Below are positions 23,318 through 36,455 of a stretch of DNA of 64,000 bases, in pieces. Source of the stretch: Gekko japonicus (lineage: Eukaryota); assembly GCF_001447785.1 (NCBI RefSeq), contig NW_015172686.1, forward strand, positions 4,041 to 68,040, given 5' to 3'. Numbering within the stretch: position 1 is the first letter of the stretch; the number at the start of each line of letters is the position of its first letter. Below the pieces are notes generated by a model. That model had not been told where the DNA came from, did no database searches, and saw nothing but the letters and a program-made list of their open reading frames with translations. Made by a program: the position numbers and the translations under genes.

Positions 23318-24452
23318 TCTCCTGAGTTGCATGATGGGATATGCACGGTTTCGAAGTGTCAGTGTTATTCCTAATCAGCTGAAATGTGTTGGGGTACATA
23401 GCATGAATAAAACTTATTCTCATGGCAACACTGTTCTGTTTCTTCATTCTTTGCGATCAAGCAAGACCAAAGAACTAAGGGCAGATGGAGGGAGTTCAGT
23501 GATTTCAGCAATGGAGGAAATGTTGGGAGAAAAGCTAGCTACAGAGATGGGAAAGAAATCTGAAGATTTCAGCAGTGGAAAAAGTTTGGAGGGACCTGTA
23601 GCTTCAGTGGGTTTAAATGTTTGGAAGTGACTAGACATCAAGGAGGGAAAGTATCATTGCTCCAATGCTATGCAAACTTTAAGATCCACAGCAGGCATGG
23701 ATCAAAGGTGAAGCTTGAATTGTGTTTGAATTTTAGTTGAGGGCAGACAGATGCACACTTAGGGAGGAAGTGGAAGTCCAAATATTGGCTTGCTAGGTGG
23801 GATCACTGGGTGAAGCAAAATAACTTAAATAGTTTGAAGGAGATATCTGAGCAAGGGAATAACTTGGGTTTGGCTGGTTGAACAAAGGCTGAGCAGCAGC
23901 TTTTGACATTCCCTGGAAAACTGATTGAATGACAGGAGAAGTCTATAACATGAAGAGGGTTCTTGATCCAGGAAATGTGAGTGAATGACTCATGGCCAAG
24001 GATCTGAGGGATCTCAGGAGGCTTTAGAGAAATGGCTCCTAATCACAGTGCTCCTTGGAGCATGCCAGCAGCTGTGCCATTCCCATTTTGTGTGTTCAGA
24101 AAATTCCTCACAATTTGTGGTGCCCACCCAAATGCTGATATCAAACTGTATATCAAATGGGATATTTTATCAGAGCCTCTAGCAGCCAGTTCAGAGAACC
24201 TTTCATAGTGAGATGTGCAGAGGTATGGAGGGGACTTTTTTGCATGTAATGGTTAAAGAAGAGAACTTCAAATGGAGAAACAAGCAGACCTCAGTCTCTT
24301 ATTCTGACTGTTCATGGTATGGAGTTCTTGGTGATCTACCACTTGATCACTCTTTTCTTATGCTTACAATTAGAATGATCAATTGATTTATTTGGGGCTT
24401 TAAAACAGGAATAAAAAAGAAAGTACCATGAATGTAAAAGATGTATTGTGCA

Positions 24453-25229
24453 CTCCATTTGTACAAGCGAAAAAGAAAAGGAGGGGGGGAATGGATTGAG
24501 CGGACAGTGATGTTTTCCTTTGATGTATTTGAAACAAAGCGAGAAAAAGTTTTGTCTCTCTGGAGCACATTTTAAGAACTTTCTAAAAGTAAACAAAAAA
24601 GAAAAGATGTCGGAGCTGGGCAAAAGCGAGCGGAGAAGAAGGGAGGGACTTCCATCTGGGCGTTTGCTTGTGTGCGAGAGCCGGCTGTTGAATGTTTGGA
24701 CTGTTTATGGCTGTGAATCCGACGGGAGTTTTGTAAAACGGAAAAGTTTGAATTGTGACAGCGAGAAGTGCCTGACAAGCGCTTATATAAGTCAACAATT
24801 GCGAGGAGGACCCATAGAGAGTTTGGGAGCGGATATAAAAGCGAAAATGAAATTAATACCATTCTCAAAATTGGGGACCTCCGGTAATGGCATGAAAAGA
24901 AGAGGATTTATAGTGCATGAACTGAGAGTACCAGCACGCAAAGAAGCGGTTCTGAATGTGCCCAGAAGAGGCTTTTTTATTAACAGAAACTCAAAGGAAC
25001 ATTACTAACATACTAACAGAGAACTTCATGTGACCGGATTAAAAAAAAGAAGTTTGACAACACACAGAAGAAGCCCAAGAAGATTAATTGGACATTACTA
25101 ACAGTTTAATTTACCAGTTTATATATCACTCAGCTTTCTCTTTCCCCCACTGTCTACCCTTCCCATTTCTTCTTTTAAGCGAAATACCTCCCCTTTTTAG
25201 GGGAGTCAATAAAACTTTTATTTTAAAAA
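24453..25229 (+). mobile_element. Unidentified L1-mobilised retroposed insertion
   Basis: 17-bp TSD AAAAGATGTATTGTGCA, AATAAA at 25208, short poly(A); absent from the paralogous sites. Confidence 0.85.
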
Positions 25230-25690
25230 AAAAGATGTATTGTGCATTTGGAAGCATTGATTTCAAAGGAAAGCACTTTGCAATCCGTTTGGGACTCACA
25301 AAGCATTGATTTCCCAGGGGAGCAAATAATTTATTTTGCAACTGTTCATACAATCTGAACATCTGGTGATATTACAGTCAAGAAGAAATAACAAAGTACT
25401 AAATTTTACACGAATAAAGGAGGGGTAAAAGTCACATTAAAAACTCAGTTAAAATTTGAGAAAGGGCCAAACTCAGACATTTGGATAATGATTTTGGCAC
25501 TCTAAACACAAACAGAACAGACAATTAATAAGCTTTTGAAAGCACATCTGTGAATGTGCTATTTGATTCCCTAAGTAGATAGGCTACATTTAGTAAAGAT
25601 TGTAATGAGGACAGAAATGCTCCAGAAGAAAACATACACCTCATGGCCTAAACACTGCTGATTCCAATAGGATATATCCTTGGGATCTAC

Positions 25691-25872
25691 CAGGGCTCTT
25701 TTTGTAGCAGGAACTCCTTTGCATATTAGGCCACACACCCCTAATGTAGCCAATCCTCCAAGAGCTTACAGAGCTCTTCTTACAGGAGCTACTGTAAGCT
25801 CTTGGAGGATTGGCTACATTAGGGGTGTGTCGCTTAATATGCAAATGAGTACCTGCTACAAAAAGAGCCCTG
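25691..25872. mobile_element. Palindromic hAT-like MITE in the 3' UTR region of gene B
   Basis: CAGGGCTCTTTTTGTAGCAGG...CCTGCTACAAAAAGAGCCCTG; near-perfect fold-back over its whole length. Confidence 0.9.
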
Positions 25873-25887
25873 GATCATCCATAAAAT

Positions 25888-26789
25888 TTAATTATTTCTT
25901 TTTATTAGCTGTCCTTTTGTGTTCAGCTCTGGTCTGAGTAGAATGACGTAGCATTTTGGGGAAAAGATGCATCCTAGTAGCCCAGCACTGGAGGTTAAGA
26001 TGCAGAAGATCTCCACAGCCACCATGGATTTCCCCTTGGTGCTCAAATAGGTCGGAACGAAGGACATCCAAACACTGCAAAAGACCAACATGCTGAAGGT
26101 GATGAACTTGGCTTCATTGAAAGTGTCTGGTAACTTCCTGGCTACAAAAGCCACAGTGAAGCTGATGATGGCCAGAAAGCCTAGAAAGCTCAGGACACCG
26201 TAAAACATAGTGACTGACCCTTCATTACATTCCAGCACAATTTTCTCAGTCACAGAATGCATATCAAAATCTGGGAAGGGTGGAGACATTGCCAACCACG
26301 CAGTACAAATAATAGCCTGTATAAGGGAACATGAAAGCACAATGGTATTTGACAGCTCTTTCCGTACCCATCTCCTCATTCTGGACCCTGGCTTTGTGGC
26401 CATGAAAGCCAGAACCACAATAACTGTTTTGGCCAACACACAAGAAACAGCCACTGAGAAGATGATGCCAAAAGCCGTTTGTCGAAGGAGACAGGTCACT
26501 TTCTCAGGCTGACCAATGAACAGCAAAACACAGAGGAAGGAGAGCAGGAGGGAGATGAGGAGAGTGTAGGTGAGGTCCCGGTTGTTGGCTTTGACTAAGG
26601 GAGAGTCCCGGTGCTTAATAAAGATCCCGAGCACCAAAGCTGTGATGAAAGAGAAGGAAAGAGCAAGAGTAGCCAAACTGATCCCCAGAGGTTCTCCATA
26701 AGACAAAAAGCTGAAGTCTTTTGGCAGGCATAAATTCTGGTCTTTGTTTGAATACTGACCTTCAGGACACCGAGAACATTCATTTAAGT
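25888..26789 (-). CDS. V2R gene B exon 6 (7TM)
   Basis: Same motifs as A; 902 bp; acceptor tttcag; stop TAA. Confidence 0.97.
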
Positions 26790-27288
26790 CTGAAAAACAA
26801 AGCATCCTTTTTGTACATGCATGTTCTCTGCAGAGTTCAGTGCAATGTGCAAGGGTTTTTAGAGTGCCACTCAGCTAACGTCAGATGGCTAAGTATTCTG
26901 TCCTTACCTGTAGCAATACATGGAAGAATTTAGGCTCAGTGGTTCCCCCAAAGCACACAAGTTTTCCCTATATGATTCTCCCTCTGCTCTAATTATTACA
27001 AACTACATTGTTTCCTCCAGAAATTCTGAATATGCTGTACTTTCTCCCCACCCCCCCAGTCAACCGAGGTATTCTTTTGTAAGTCCACTGGTATATCTGG
27101 GCATCTTTCCCTTTGCATTAATGAACACTGACTTGAGGAGAAATGCATTCAGCATTAAGGACCGTAGCCTGCCATCCCAACAACACTTTCCTGGAAATAA
27201 GCACACTGTTTTGGATCACTGTAATGGTCTATATGTATGTGTGCATATTGAATTACAATCAATGTAACTGATAACTGAAATCTCTTAC

Positions 27289-27415
27289 CTTTTTCATTTG
27301 AAATCTTCCCTGCTGGACATGCAAGGCAATCATAGCAGCAAAAAGGCTTCCCTTCCTTCTTTGCCCTGCTAAAACCAGCGTGGCAATCGTCATTGCAAAC
27401 AGAAAGTGGTTGCAC
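27289..27415 (-). CDS. V2R gene B exon 5
   Basis: [42 protein letters not shown]; 127 bp. Confidence 0.95.
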
Positions 27416-27859
27416 CTAGCACAAATAGAAGACAAATGGACTTGGCATGGCATGATGACATGACCTCTAGAGAATATTTGGAGTGCAATGAATGGTTGAA
27501 AGTTCTATAATATGGAGACTCTTATAACAATGTGGTACGATGGGTACAGTCCTTGGGAGTCTTTCTCTTTCCACTGCGAAAGAACATCATAATATTTGAT
27601 TGCATGTTTCTAGCAGTGGGTTTGAAGGACAGTTAAGGGACCTTCCTGGTCTAAAGTTTTCCTAGCTCAGCAATATGCTTTCTGGATGAGGTGATTTATA
27701 TGATATGAATTTTTTGATGGATACTGCCAATGGCATTGCTCAGGGGGACTTCAGTGTTGATGGTGAATGGCTATGCAAATGAATTGTTGTACTCCATAGC
27801 ATCTAGAAACCTGCCCCAGCCCAGGTTGTACTAAGTAGCAGTAATAAAAAGGGACATAT

Positions 27860-28045
27860 GTCATCGAATCACAAAGTTGTAACGGGCCACACAGGCCATC
27901 TAGTCCAACCCTCTGCTCAATACAGGACCAAACTTCAGTATACCTGGCAAGTGTTTGTACAGACACTGCCTAAAGACTGCCAATGAGAGGGAATCACCAC
28001 TTCCCTAGGCAACTGATTCCACTGTTGCATGACTCTTTCTGTAAT
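27860..28045 (-). mobile_element. CR1 3' fragment
   Basis: tcatcgaatcacaaagttg...ggccatctagtccaaccc. Confidence 0.7.
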
Positions 28046-28604
28046 TTTTTTTTACAGATTTACTATGCTGCATTAGGCAGCATACTGGTGATCTGGTAGG
28101 AAGCTGCTAACTATTACTTTGTATTGTATATGACATAATCTACTAAACACCTGGGTTCAGATAGTTGTACCTTGCTACACTGGTGCTTGACCCCTTAAGC
28201 TAGTTCACCCCCAAAGCCTTGAGGGGCATATAGATTTCTCAAATGCTATCCAGGTGGGGTGGGGCTGTAGACTTTCAGTACCCATTGTGTTGATTTGGAC
28301 TGGCTATAGAACGATTTTAATTCATTGCAATTGTTTTCATTTTGTTGTTTGTAGTTTCTGTATATTTTAGTCTATTGTTATTCTTTAAGCTACAGTGAAT
28401 ACTTAGAAAAGTGGAACAAAGCTGAGTTAAAATAACATCTTCCATCTCAAGGCTTTGTCCAGTGTTATATGTCATGAAAACATTCAGAGAGATGATACCA
28501 TAATATACTGCCTTGTGATGGAATCTGTCATGTGTTGGTTGGTCAAACTATGCTCATTCCTCAGGATATAGCGACATTAGGTAATGTTTTTTCTGTGCTC
28601 CTTC

Positions 28605-28728
28605 TACCATGTTTTCCCGAAAATAAGACACTGTCTTATATTTATTTTTTCTCAAGAAGACACACTAGGGCTTATACCACAAATGCATAGAAATCCTGCT
28701 AGGGCTTATTTTTGGGGTAGGTCTTATA
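28605..28728. mobile_element. Tc1/mariner-superfamily (Tc2/pogo-like) MITE remnant
   Basis: TA-CCATGTTTTCCCGAAAATAAGAC terminus with internal tagggcttat repeats; absent in paralogs. Confidence 0.6.
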
Positions 28729-28994
28729 ATCCCTTTCCTCTTGAAGGCATACAAAAGATCTTCATGCCAGAACAACCAAATCTTGTGTATTTTTCTTCAT
28801 GCCAGAACAACCAAATCTTGTGTATTTTTCCCCAAAAGTTTGCTAACAACATTTAAGGAGAAAATGATTGCTCAAATGAAACTCCCCTAATGAACACAAT
28901 GAAGAAAGAGCAATTTTCTCATATGACCAAGTTACTTCTATTTTAGTATTGTAGAAAACCACTTGACATATCCCAGACCATACACACATCATAC

Positions 28995-29222
28995 CTGGTT
29001 GAACACAGTAGGCCATTCGATTGCTTTCTCATGAATGAGGAGCATTTTGTCTGGGGGAGCTTTTGAGTCTGTCTTGCCCACTTTGACTCGACAAAAAGAC
29101 TGGTTTGGGAATGTGACCCAGTTGATAATATCAAATTCAGTGACTAATTCCCCATTTTGGTTAAAGGAAATCCTTTCCCCAGCAGTGTTGTTGAAAGAAA
29201 AACTTCTCAGAAAGTGGTGGAG
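28995..29222 (-). CDS. V2R gene B exon 4
   Basis: LHHFLRSFSFNNTAGERISFNQNGE...WPTVFNQ; 228 bp open. Confidence 0.95.
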
Positions 29223-29479
29223 CTAAATGGGGAAGAGAGGGGTAGAATTGGTTCATAAGGATGAATAAAATATGGAAATACGTAACAGGATGACACATTC
29301 TCAAAAATAAGAACTTGTGTTATTTTCCCCTGTGAAGCGACTCCCGGCCACAAACCTGGAGCCTTACAAAATTTATTACATTAAAATAAAGAACTCAAGA
29401 CAGATACAAATCAGAAAACCCTAATGGCTGCTTTAAGAACTACCATATAGGAGGTCTCACATGGCAGGGCAACATACTG

Positions 29480-29675
29480 TCAAGCTATAGCTGAGTTATA
29501 GTGACCATGTAAGGGCTTTCAAGGCATGGGGAGAACAGATGTGATTTGTAGTTGTCTGCCTTTGCATTGCAACCTTTAGCTTCCTTTTTTTGACTCCCTT
29601 CAAGGATTAACCAAGGCCAACCCAGCTTAAGTTCACAGATCGAATGAGATCCAACAAGCCTGGGCCATCCAGGTA
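29480..29675 (-). mobile_element. 5S-derived SINE, paralogous copy in gene B intron 3
   Basis: Same position and sequence as in A and C. Confidence 0.65.
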
Positions 29676-30500
29676 AATTTGAGCCCCATATGTCCCCTTC
29701 CCCTGTAAAGTGGTAAAACTATACAAATTTATATGCTGCTTTAACCATCCTAGTTGGTAAGAAAGAGGAATTAAACCTAGTTTAATGAACAAATCAATTT
29801 AAACATAGAAACCTACCATAAGACCTATAAAGCTTTTTAATGCTACAGCCAGTGAATCTGCAAAGGACAACATTTCTGAAAGAGCTGTATTATAGAAAGG
29901 ATCAGTTATACGACCTCTTTTGGGCTAAAGAGAATATTGGCAATGATAGTCAAGAGCCCAGACATCATATACTGGGTAAGGTGATAAAGTGTAGTGTGGC
30001 AAACCGGCTTCAGATCTGCCTGGATTGGCACCTCTGTCTTCGAACTGTGCTTCAGACAGAGACACAACAGCAAAAACAATCCAGGTCATGTATTTTCTCC
30101 AGTCTAAAACACATAATTCTTTATTTTGACATACACTTCCTTTACTGAAGATGGGACCAGATTGCTAAAATGTGGGAATCGATCGGAAGCCCCGTCACGT
30201 TTGCACTTTAGACGCAGCACAGATTTTGTTTGTCTTCTCATAAATTTTCCTTGGACTCTTCCTTTGTGAGGGTTTTCTGTGTGCTATTTTGATACTGGAT
30301 GTAGATAACAATACTTTTGTACTGAAGGTCTCATATGAAATATTGGAAATAACCAATATATGACAATAACACTTTGAGCATACATACAGTAATCATTTTT
30401 ATTTCTTGCCTTTATTGTAATAGTGCTGTATTTCACAGTGGTTGTTTTTGCTGTTGTGTTGTCTACACTGTGATTCCTCTGGTAGTGTTCTTCAGACATA

Positions 30501-30651
30501 GGGATCTTTCACACATGCTAAATAATGTAGTTTCAATCCATTTCAGTAACTGTTTGCAAGTGGATTCTGCCATTTCACACAGTAAAATCCAGCTGCAAAG
30601 TTCATTGAAACTGTATTGAAAGTGCATTATTCAGTATGTGTGAAAGTGCCC
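30501..30651. mobile_element. Short palindromic Harbinger-like MITE
   Basis: GGGATCTTTCACACATGCT.AATAATG...CATTATTCAGTATGTGTGAAAGTGCCC; 3-bp TSD ATA. Confidence 0.8.
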
Positions 30652-31189
30652 ATATACAGCAGAAAAGATAGTTTGGCAGCTGTTTTATCCAAGCGCTAAA
30701 TGGATAAGAGCACCATGTACCTATTGGTTTACTTAGACTTGTCATCAGTGTTTGAGAAGTCAGTTGTAGTATCTTGGGAGATCAACTGCAGCAAGCATGA
30801 AGTGTACAGCTTTTACGGGGGTTCTGTTCTTTCCTGAAGAGAGCACCAATAATTTCTTCCATTGCAGAAGTGTGAGGTGATTGGAACATATTTGTAGACA
30901 CCCTCCAGGGTTCAGCTTGTCTCATTTTGCTCTGCAATATTTAGGTCAAAGTATTCTAATTGGGGGTAATGAAAACCTAGATTATATATCCATTCCTATC
31001 ATTTCTTTATCTAAAGTTCTAGAGGTTCCTCTGGATGTCCGGAACCAGTACATTCAAGCTTTGCTTCAAGTGGCTGAGGGTGACCAAGATGAAATGGAAT
31101 CCCTGACAAGTTGTTGAGGGTAGGAAATTATATCTGCGAAAGTAAGCAAAGACACTGAGGGGTGCTTTTGGACCCATCCTTGCTAATAA

Positions 31190-33325
31190 AGAAGCAGGTT
31201 CAGCATGGTTTCTGTAAGGGAAGATCTTGTCTCACTAACCTGTTAATGTTCTTTGAGGGGGTGAACAAACATGTGGACAAGGGGGATCCAATAGATATTG
31301 TTTACTTTGACTTCCAGAAAGCTTTTGATAAAGTTCCTCATCAAAGGTTCCTAAGTAAGCTCAAAAATCATGGGATAAAAGGACAAGTCCTTTTATGGAT
31401 CAAAAACTGGCTAATTAATAGAAAACAGAGAGTGAGTATAAATGGGCAATTTTCTCAGTGGAGGGAGGTAAGCAGTGGGGTACCGCAGGGATCAGTACTT
31501 GGTCCACTGCTTTTTAACTTGTTCATTAATGATGTGGAGTTGGGAGTAAGCAGTGAAGTGTCTAAATTTGCGGATGATACGAAGTTGTTCAGGGTGGGGA
31601 AAACCAGTGAGGATTGTGAGGCACTCCAAAGGGATCTGTCAAGGATGGGCGAGTGGGCGTCAACATGGCAAATGGGGTTCAATGTGGTCAAGTGCAAGGT
31701 GATGCACATTGGAGCCAAAAATCAATACACATTGATACACTGCCTTCCCTCCCATGCCATGATCTCAAGCCAAACTGGGCTTGGGAATCAGGGAACCCAA
31801 ACCTGGCTTAGAAAATGTAACTTGCAGTTTGGTTCTCAAGGCTGCTGTGTGTAGCCAACACCCATGATACGCTGGTAGCTTCAATAATAGGTTTCCATAT
31901 TGCTTCCAACTGTGAGGCAACAGTTAGAGCACCGATACACACTGAAAGATTAACACCCACAACCACAAGACCCAAGAGAGGTCCCTCCTTAACAGGCCTT
32001 GAGCACAAAACAGAAACTAGTTCTGGAGGGATGACTTAAAGCTCTACACACATGCAAGGGAGTTATCTTACAGTATGAACAGTATAAAAGGGGTTCAGGT
32101 AAAAATTAGGCAGTCAAGGGCCCCGGTCACACGGAGCAGAGATTGAACTGGCAGAGACTGATCAAGAGAGAGATCTTGGAGTTGTAGTAGATAACTCACT
32201 GAAAATGTCGAGACAGTGTGTGACTGCAATAAAGAAGGCCAATGCTATGCTGGGGATTATTAGGAAGGGTATTGAAAACAGATCAGCCAATATAATAATG
32301 CCCCTATATAAATCAATGGTGAGACCTCATTTGGAATACTGTGTGCAATTCTGGTCACCACACCTTAAAAAGGATATTATAGCTTTGGAAAAAGTGCAGA
32401 AAAGGGCAACTCAAATGATAAAAGGGTTGGAACACTTTCCCTATGAGGAAAGGTTAAAGCACTTAGGGCTCTTTAGCTTGGAGAAACGACGACTGAGGGG
32501 TGACATGATCGAGGTTTATAAGATTATGCATGGGAAAGAGCAGGTAGAGAAAGAGGTACTTTTCTCCCTTTCTCACAATACAAGAACCCGTGGGCACTCC
32601 ATGAAATTGCTGAGCGGTCGGGTTAGAACGGATAAAAGGAAGTACTTCTTCACCCAAAGAGTGATTAACACATGGAATTCACTGCCACAGGAAGTGGTGG
32701 CGGCTACAAGCATGGACAGCTTCAAAAGGGAATTAGATAAGCATATGGAGCAGAGGTCCATCAGTGGCTATTAGCCACAAGGTATAGNNNNNNNNNNNNN
32801 NNNNNNNNNNNNNNNNNNNNNNNNNNNNNNNNNNNNNNNNNNNNNNNNNNNNNNNNNNNNNNNNNNNNNNNNNNNNNNNNNNNNNNNNNNNNNNNNNNNN
32901 NNNNNNNNNNNNNNNNNNNNNNNNNNNNNNNNNNNNNNNNNNNNNNNNNNNNNNNNNNNNNNNNNNNNNNNNNNNNNNNNNNNNNNNNNNNNNNNNNNNN
33001 NNNNNNNNNNNNNNNNNNNNNNNNNNNNNNNNNNNNNNNNNNNNNNNNNNNNNNNNNNNNNNNNNNNNNNNNNNNNNNNNNNNNNNNNNNNNNNNNNNNN
33101 NNNNNNNNNNNNNNNNNNNNNNNNNNNNNNNNNNNNNNATAGGGGCTCTGGGGCAAGTGATGCTCTATCTTCTTGGTGCTTGGGGGGGGGCAACAGTGGG
33201 AGGGCTTCTAATGTCCTGGCCCCACTGGTGGACCTCCTGATGGCACCTGGTATCTTTGGCCACTGTGTTGGACTAGATGGGACTTTGGCCTGATCCAACA
33301 TTGGCATCTCTTATGTTCTTATGTT
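31190..33325 (+). mobile_element. 5'-truncated CR1 LINE (RT and 3' UTR), interrupted by a ~400 bp insertion (about 31735-32140) and by an assembly gap
   Basis: QHGFCKGRSCLTNL, DFQKAFDKVPH, SGVPQGSVLGP, KFADD, VRPHLEYCVQFWSP; (TTCTTATG)n tail. Confidence 0.95.
32788..33138. other. Assembly gap
   Basis: N run. Confidence 1.
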
Positions 33326-33824
33326 GGCACAGAAACTGCGAAAACATTTTAACTCATAAGTTATCTCCCTCGTTTACGCTGATGAATTAGCTGTGCTTAT
33401 CTATGCCTTGCAGCCCGAGACAAAAATGAGCCAAGGTTTTGGAACTTGGTGTCTCTCGGTATGGGAAACACAATGCCCTTGATTGAAGCCCAGATCAGCA
33501 CCCAGGACTGGTTTTCCCACTATCGTCGAGTTTTTGATAGTTATACCAAGATGTCTACCACAGTTGAGCCTCTTCAACCAGTGCATAACACAGCAACCCA
33601 CTATTCCAGTCACTTTCTTCTCAGCATGCTCTCTACAGAATGCTTCTCAGACTATTACAGGGAATTAAAGTCACTGTGCAAATTACATGGTAGGGAGTTT
33701 AAAAGCCATGTTCACTCCACACATTCAAAGAGCTATTAAGAGTCTTTTCAGACAGTGTTTCTTGGAGGTTGATGGAAATTTACAGCCATAAACTGACCCT
33801 ATGACTGCATTATTTGGTGGAGAG

Positions 33825-34017
33825 CAATGCTCCCTCTAAGCTGTGGTGTCTTGTGAGCCAAAATTTTACTTTGTGAGCTACTGGCATTAAAGTTACGAGT
33901 GAGCGATTTGGCTACTGCATCTGGAGCCATCCTTTCTGAGCTAAGACAAAAATATGTGAGGCAGAGACTAAAAAAAACTGAGTTAGGTCACACTAACACA
34001 GCTTAGAGGGAACACTG
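33825..34017 (-). mobile_element. hAT-like MITE copy 2
   Basis: Same TIRs; 8-bp TSD gtggagag/gttgagag; empty site in paralog C. Confidence 0.9.
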
Positions 34018-34227
34018 GTTGAGAGGGATGATGATGATGATGATGGCATCTGTTCAACTGCAATAGGATGCTTTATAGTGATGGAAATTGTCAGAACTAA
34101 TTTTGTGCTGGAATGTCCCAGTGAAGGTTTGCTTGTTTGCCATCTCTCATTCCTAGGAGACAGCAGGCACAAAAAATTTAAGCCAAAAATACATTTAACA
34201 AATAAGTGAGTATGATTAGAATGTCAC

Positions 34228-35088
34228 CTGCCACCACTCTTGATCCAGAAGATTCCATCGCCCACCAGGTACGGTTGCTCTGTATTTGAATCTGGAGGAC
34301 CACATGGCCTGCAAAGCATGGACCACAGCATAGACACCGTTATAGATGCTGTAGCTGTGGGCAGCTGTGATTGTTTCAAAAACAGGTATAGGAAGATCCT
34401 TCAGTTTCTCCTCTCCAGTACAGATTTCCCCACCCTCCGCATCTATTGTGTTGTTGGAGAATGAACATAGAAACGCCTGTTGCCAGAATTGTCTGATAAA
34501 GCCATCCTCTTTTTCAGAGGTAAGACTTTTGTCCTGGAGAAATTTCTGGAATCCTGAGAGCTCCGCTGAGTGAACTGCAAAGGATAGGGCACCATGGACA
34601 AAAGCGATGTCCCAGTTTCTTTGAAAGGGTAGTGAGGCAAAGTCCATCTGAGCTATCAAAATCCAGATTTTACCTGTTGCCTTAACTGGTATATCCTCAA
34701 GTTCCGGGAGACGGAGGAAGTATCTTAAAATTATCATGGTGTGAATTTCACCATGTAGGACCAAAACTTTGGCAGTGCTTCCCATGACAAGTTTGTATGT
34801 TTCAACCCCCCCGGCCAACATTTCAGAAAATTCACTGGAAAATATTGGTGGTGGCATTGCTGCTACAAAGTCAAAGCAAATGCCATTTTGAGATAGCATA
34901 GGAACCATGTCCTGTAGAAATCTTTCTCCAGTCTCATCGCTCAGATAAATCATCCCAATCCATGTCCACCTGAAATACAGCAATAAATGCAGAATCCCCA
35001 AATTTTGATGGGCCTGATTTGGGAACATATGGTGGAAGAAAACAGATTGTGTTTTGTTGTCCATCTTTGGTGCAGAACCATAAGATAT
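34228..35088 (-). CDS. V2R gene B exon 3
   Basis: 861 bp, open, canonical splice sites, paralogous to A exon 3. Confidence 0.95.
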
Positions 35089-35366
35089 CTAAGCACAGAA
35101 GAATAGGAGACATTTCAAAACAAATTTGGTTTCCACATGAATGTATAATTTGGCTTCTCACATAAAGTCACTGTTTGCAGTAATGGCACACAGAGGGTCT
35201 ACAGTTTATATCATTGCTACACACAAAAACTCTATCACTTCATTTTGTATGTTAATTCCTCTCCCTTGAAGCTGCCCATGATAAGTACCTATCTTTACAG
35301 TAATGCAAGTTTTGGTCTCCACATGTAAAAGACAAGAAATTTCATTCTCCCTTTCATGCACCTTAC

Positions 35367-35658
35367 CTGTGGGATCTTGTAGATGCAGAGAATGGCTGCT
35401 GTGTAGAGACAGATGTCAGAGTTTGGTCCAGTGATGACTGCAACTAGATTGCTCTGGGCATCACACTTGTAGTTGGGAATGAATCTGCCTTGTGTGGAGA
35501 GAAGTTCCATTGAGGCCAGATAGGTCCAACCTGCACTGAAATGGCTGTTGTAGATATTGAAGCCCAGAGTGATGTTGGGTAAGATCTGGGAGTTTTCATT
35601 GATTTCCTTTACAGCAAAATCCAAGGCTAGGATGTGCTGGTAGTTCTGAGTGAGAAAC
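35367..35658 (-). CDS. V2R gene B exon 2
   Basis: [20 protein letters not shown]; 292 bp. Confidence 0.95.
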
Positions 35659-35778
35659 CTGCAATAAAGGCAGAGAACTTCAAGCTGAAAGGGAAGGTTT
35701 CCTCTTTCTGATTCCAGCCCAGCAAAATTTGTATCAGTAGCTATCTTTAACCAAGACACCAGAAAGATGACACACATT

Positions 35779-36241
35779 GGCCGAGTTCAGACTGGCAGTT
35801 TGCCCCAATATAGGCATGTTTCAGAAATGTTCCACATCCGGATTAAAGGGGCCGTTCACACAGGCACATCTGTCCAGCGTTTCCCAGTCATACTCAACCC
35901 GTCTTGAAACGCTTCCCTCCTGAGTTTAGGTGAAAGTGGTATCAAACCCTGGAAAGCATGATTATCCCATGTCCATCCCGCACCAACAAAGTGTGAATGC
36001 CGAAAGCCGCATTTTTCTTGTGCCCTTATGCGCATAAGCACATATCTCCAGATTACCAAAAAGAAAGCCGTGCCTTACAGTTGTGCCTCCAGGCCAACAG
36101 TGTGAACGCTCCCTTGCTCCTCCTCCCGGTATGCTCTTGCATCGGTCGTTGCAGTGTGAACGGTAAAACCCGGAACAGTTTGTTCTGGGTCTTTTTTGCC
36201 ATGACTCCCTCCCGCTTCAAACTACCAGTCTGCACTCGGCC
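35779..36241. mobile_element. Harbinger-like MITE with 24-bp TIRs, probably containing a nested MITE (35848-36113)
   Basis: GGCCGAGTTCAGACTGGCAGTTTG / rc GGCCGAGTGCAGACTGGTAGTTTG; inner GGGGCCGTTCACAC...GTGTGAACGCTCCC. Confidence 0.8.
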
Positions 36242-36392
36242 AAAGAAATGAAGAGTCATATCTGAGAAAATATACTGTGTAAAATACATCAATACTCTGA
36301 AAAGAACGAGAATATCCTTTCCCCCAGGAATGAAGGCATAAATATTCTTTCAACAATAAATACATATCTAGTCCAGGCATCAAAAGACAGAC

Positions 36393-36445
36393 GGAAGGAA
36401 GGAAGGAAGGAAGGAAGGAAGGAAGGAAGGAAGGAAGGAAGGAAG
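36393..36445. repeat. (GGAA)n microsatellite
   Basis: Seen directly. Confidence 0.95.
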
Positions 36446-36455
36446 ACGTATATAT

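Noticed and set aside
32761-33307. ORFs spanning N runs (also 39870, 55745)
   Set aside because: Artefacts of assembly gaps
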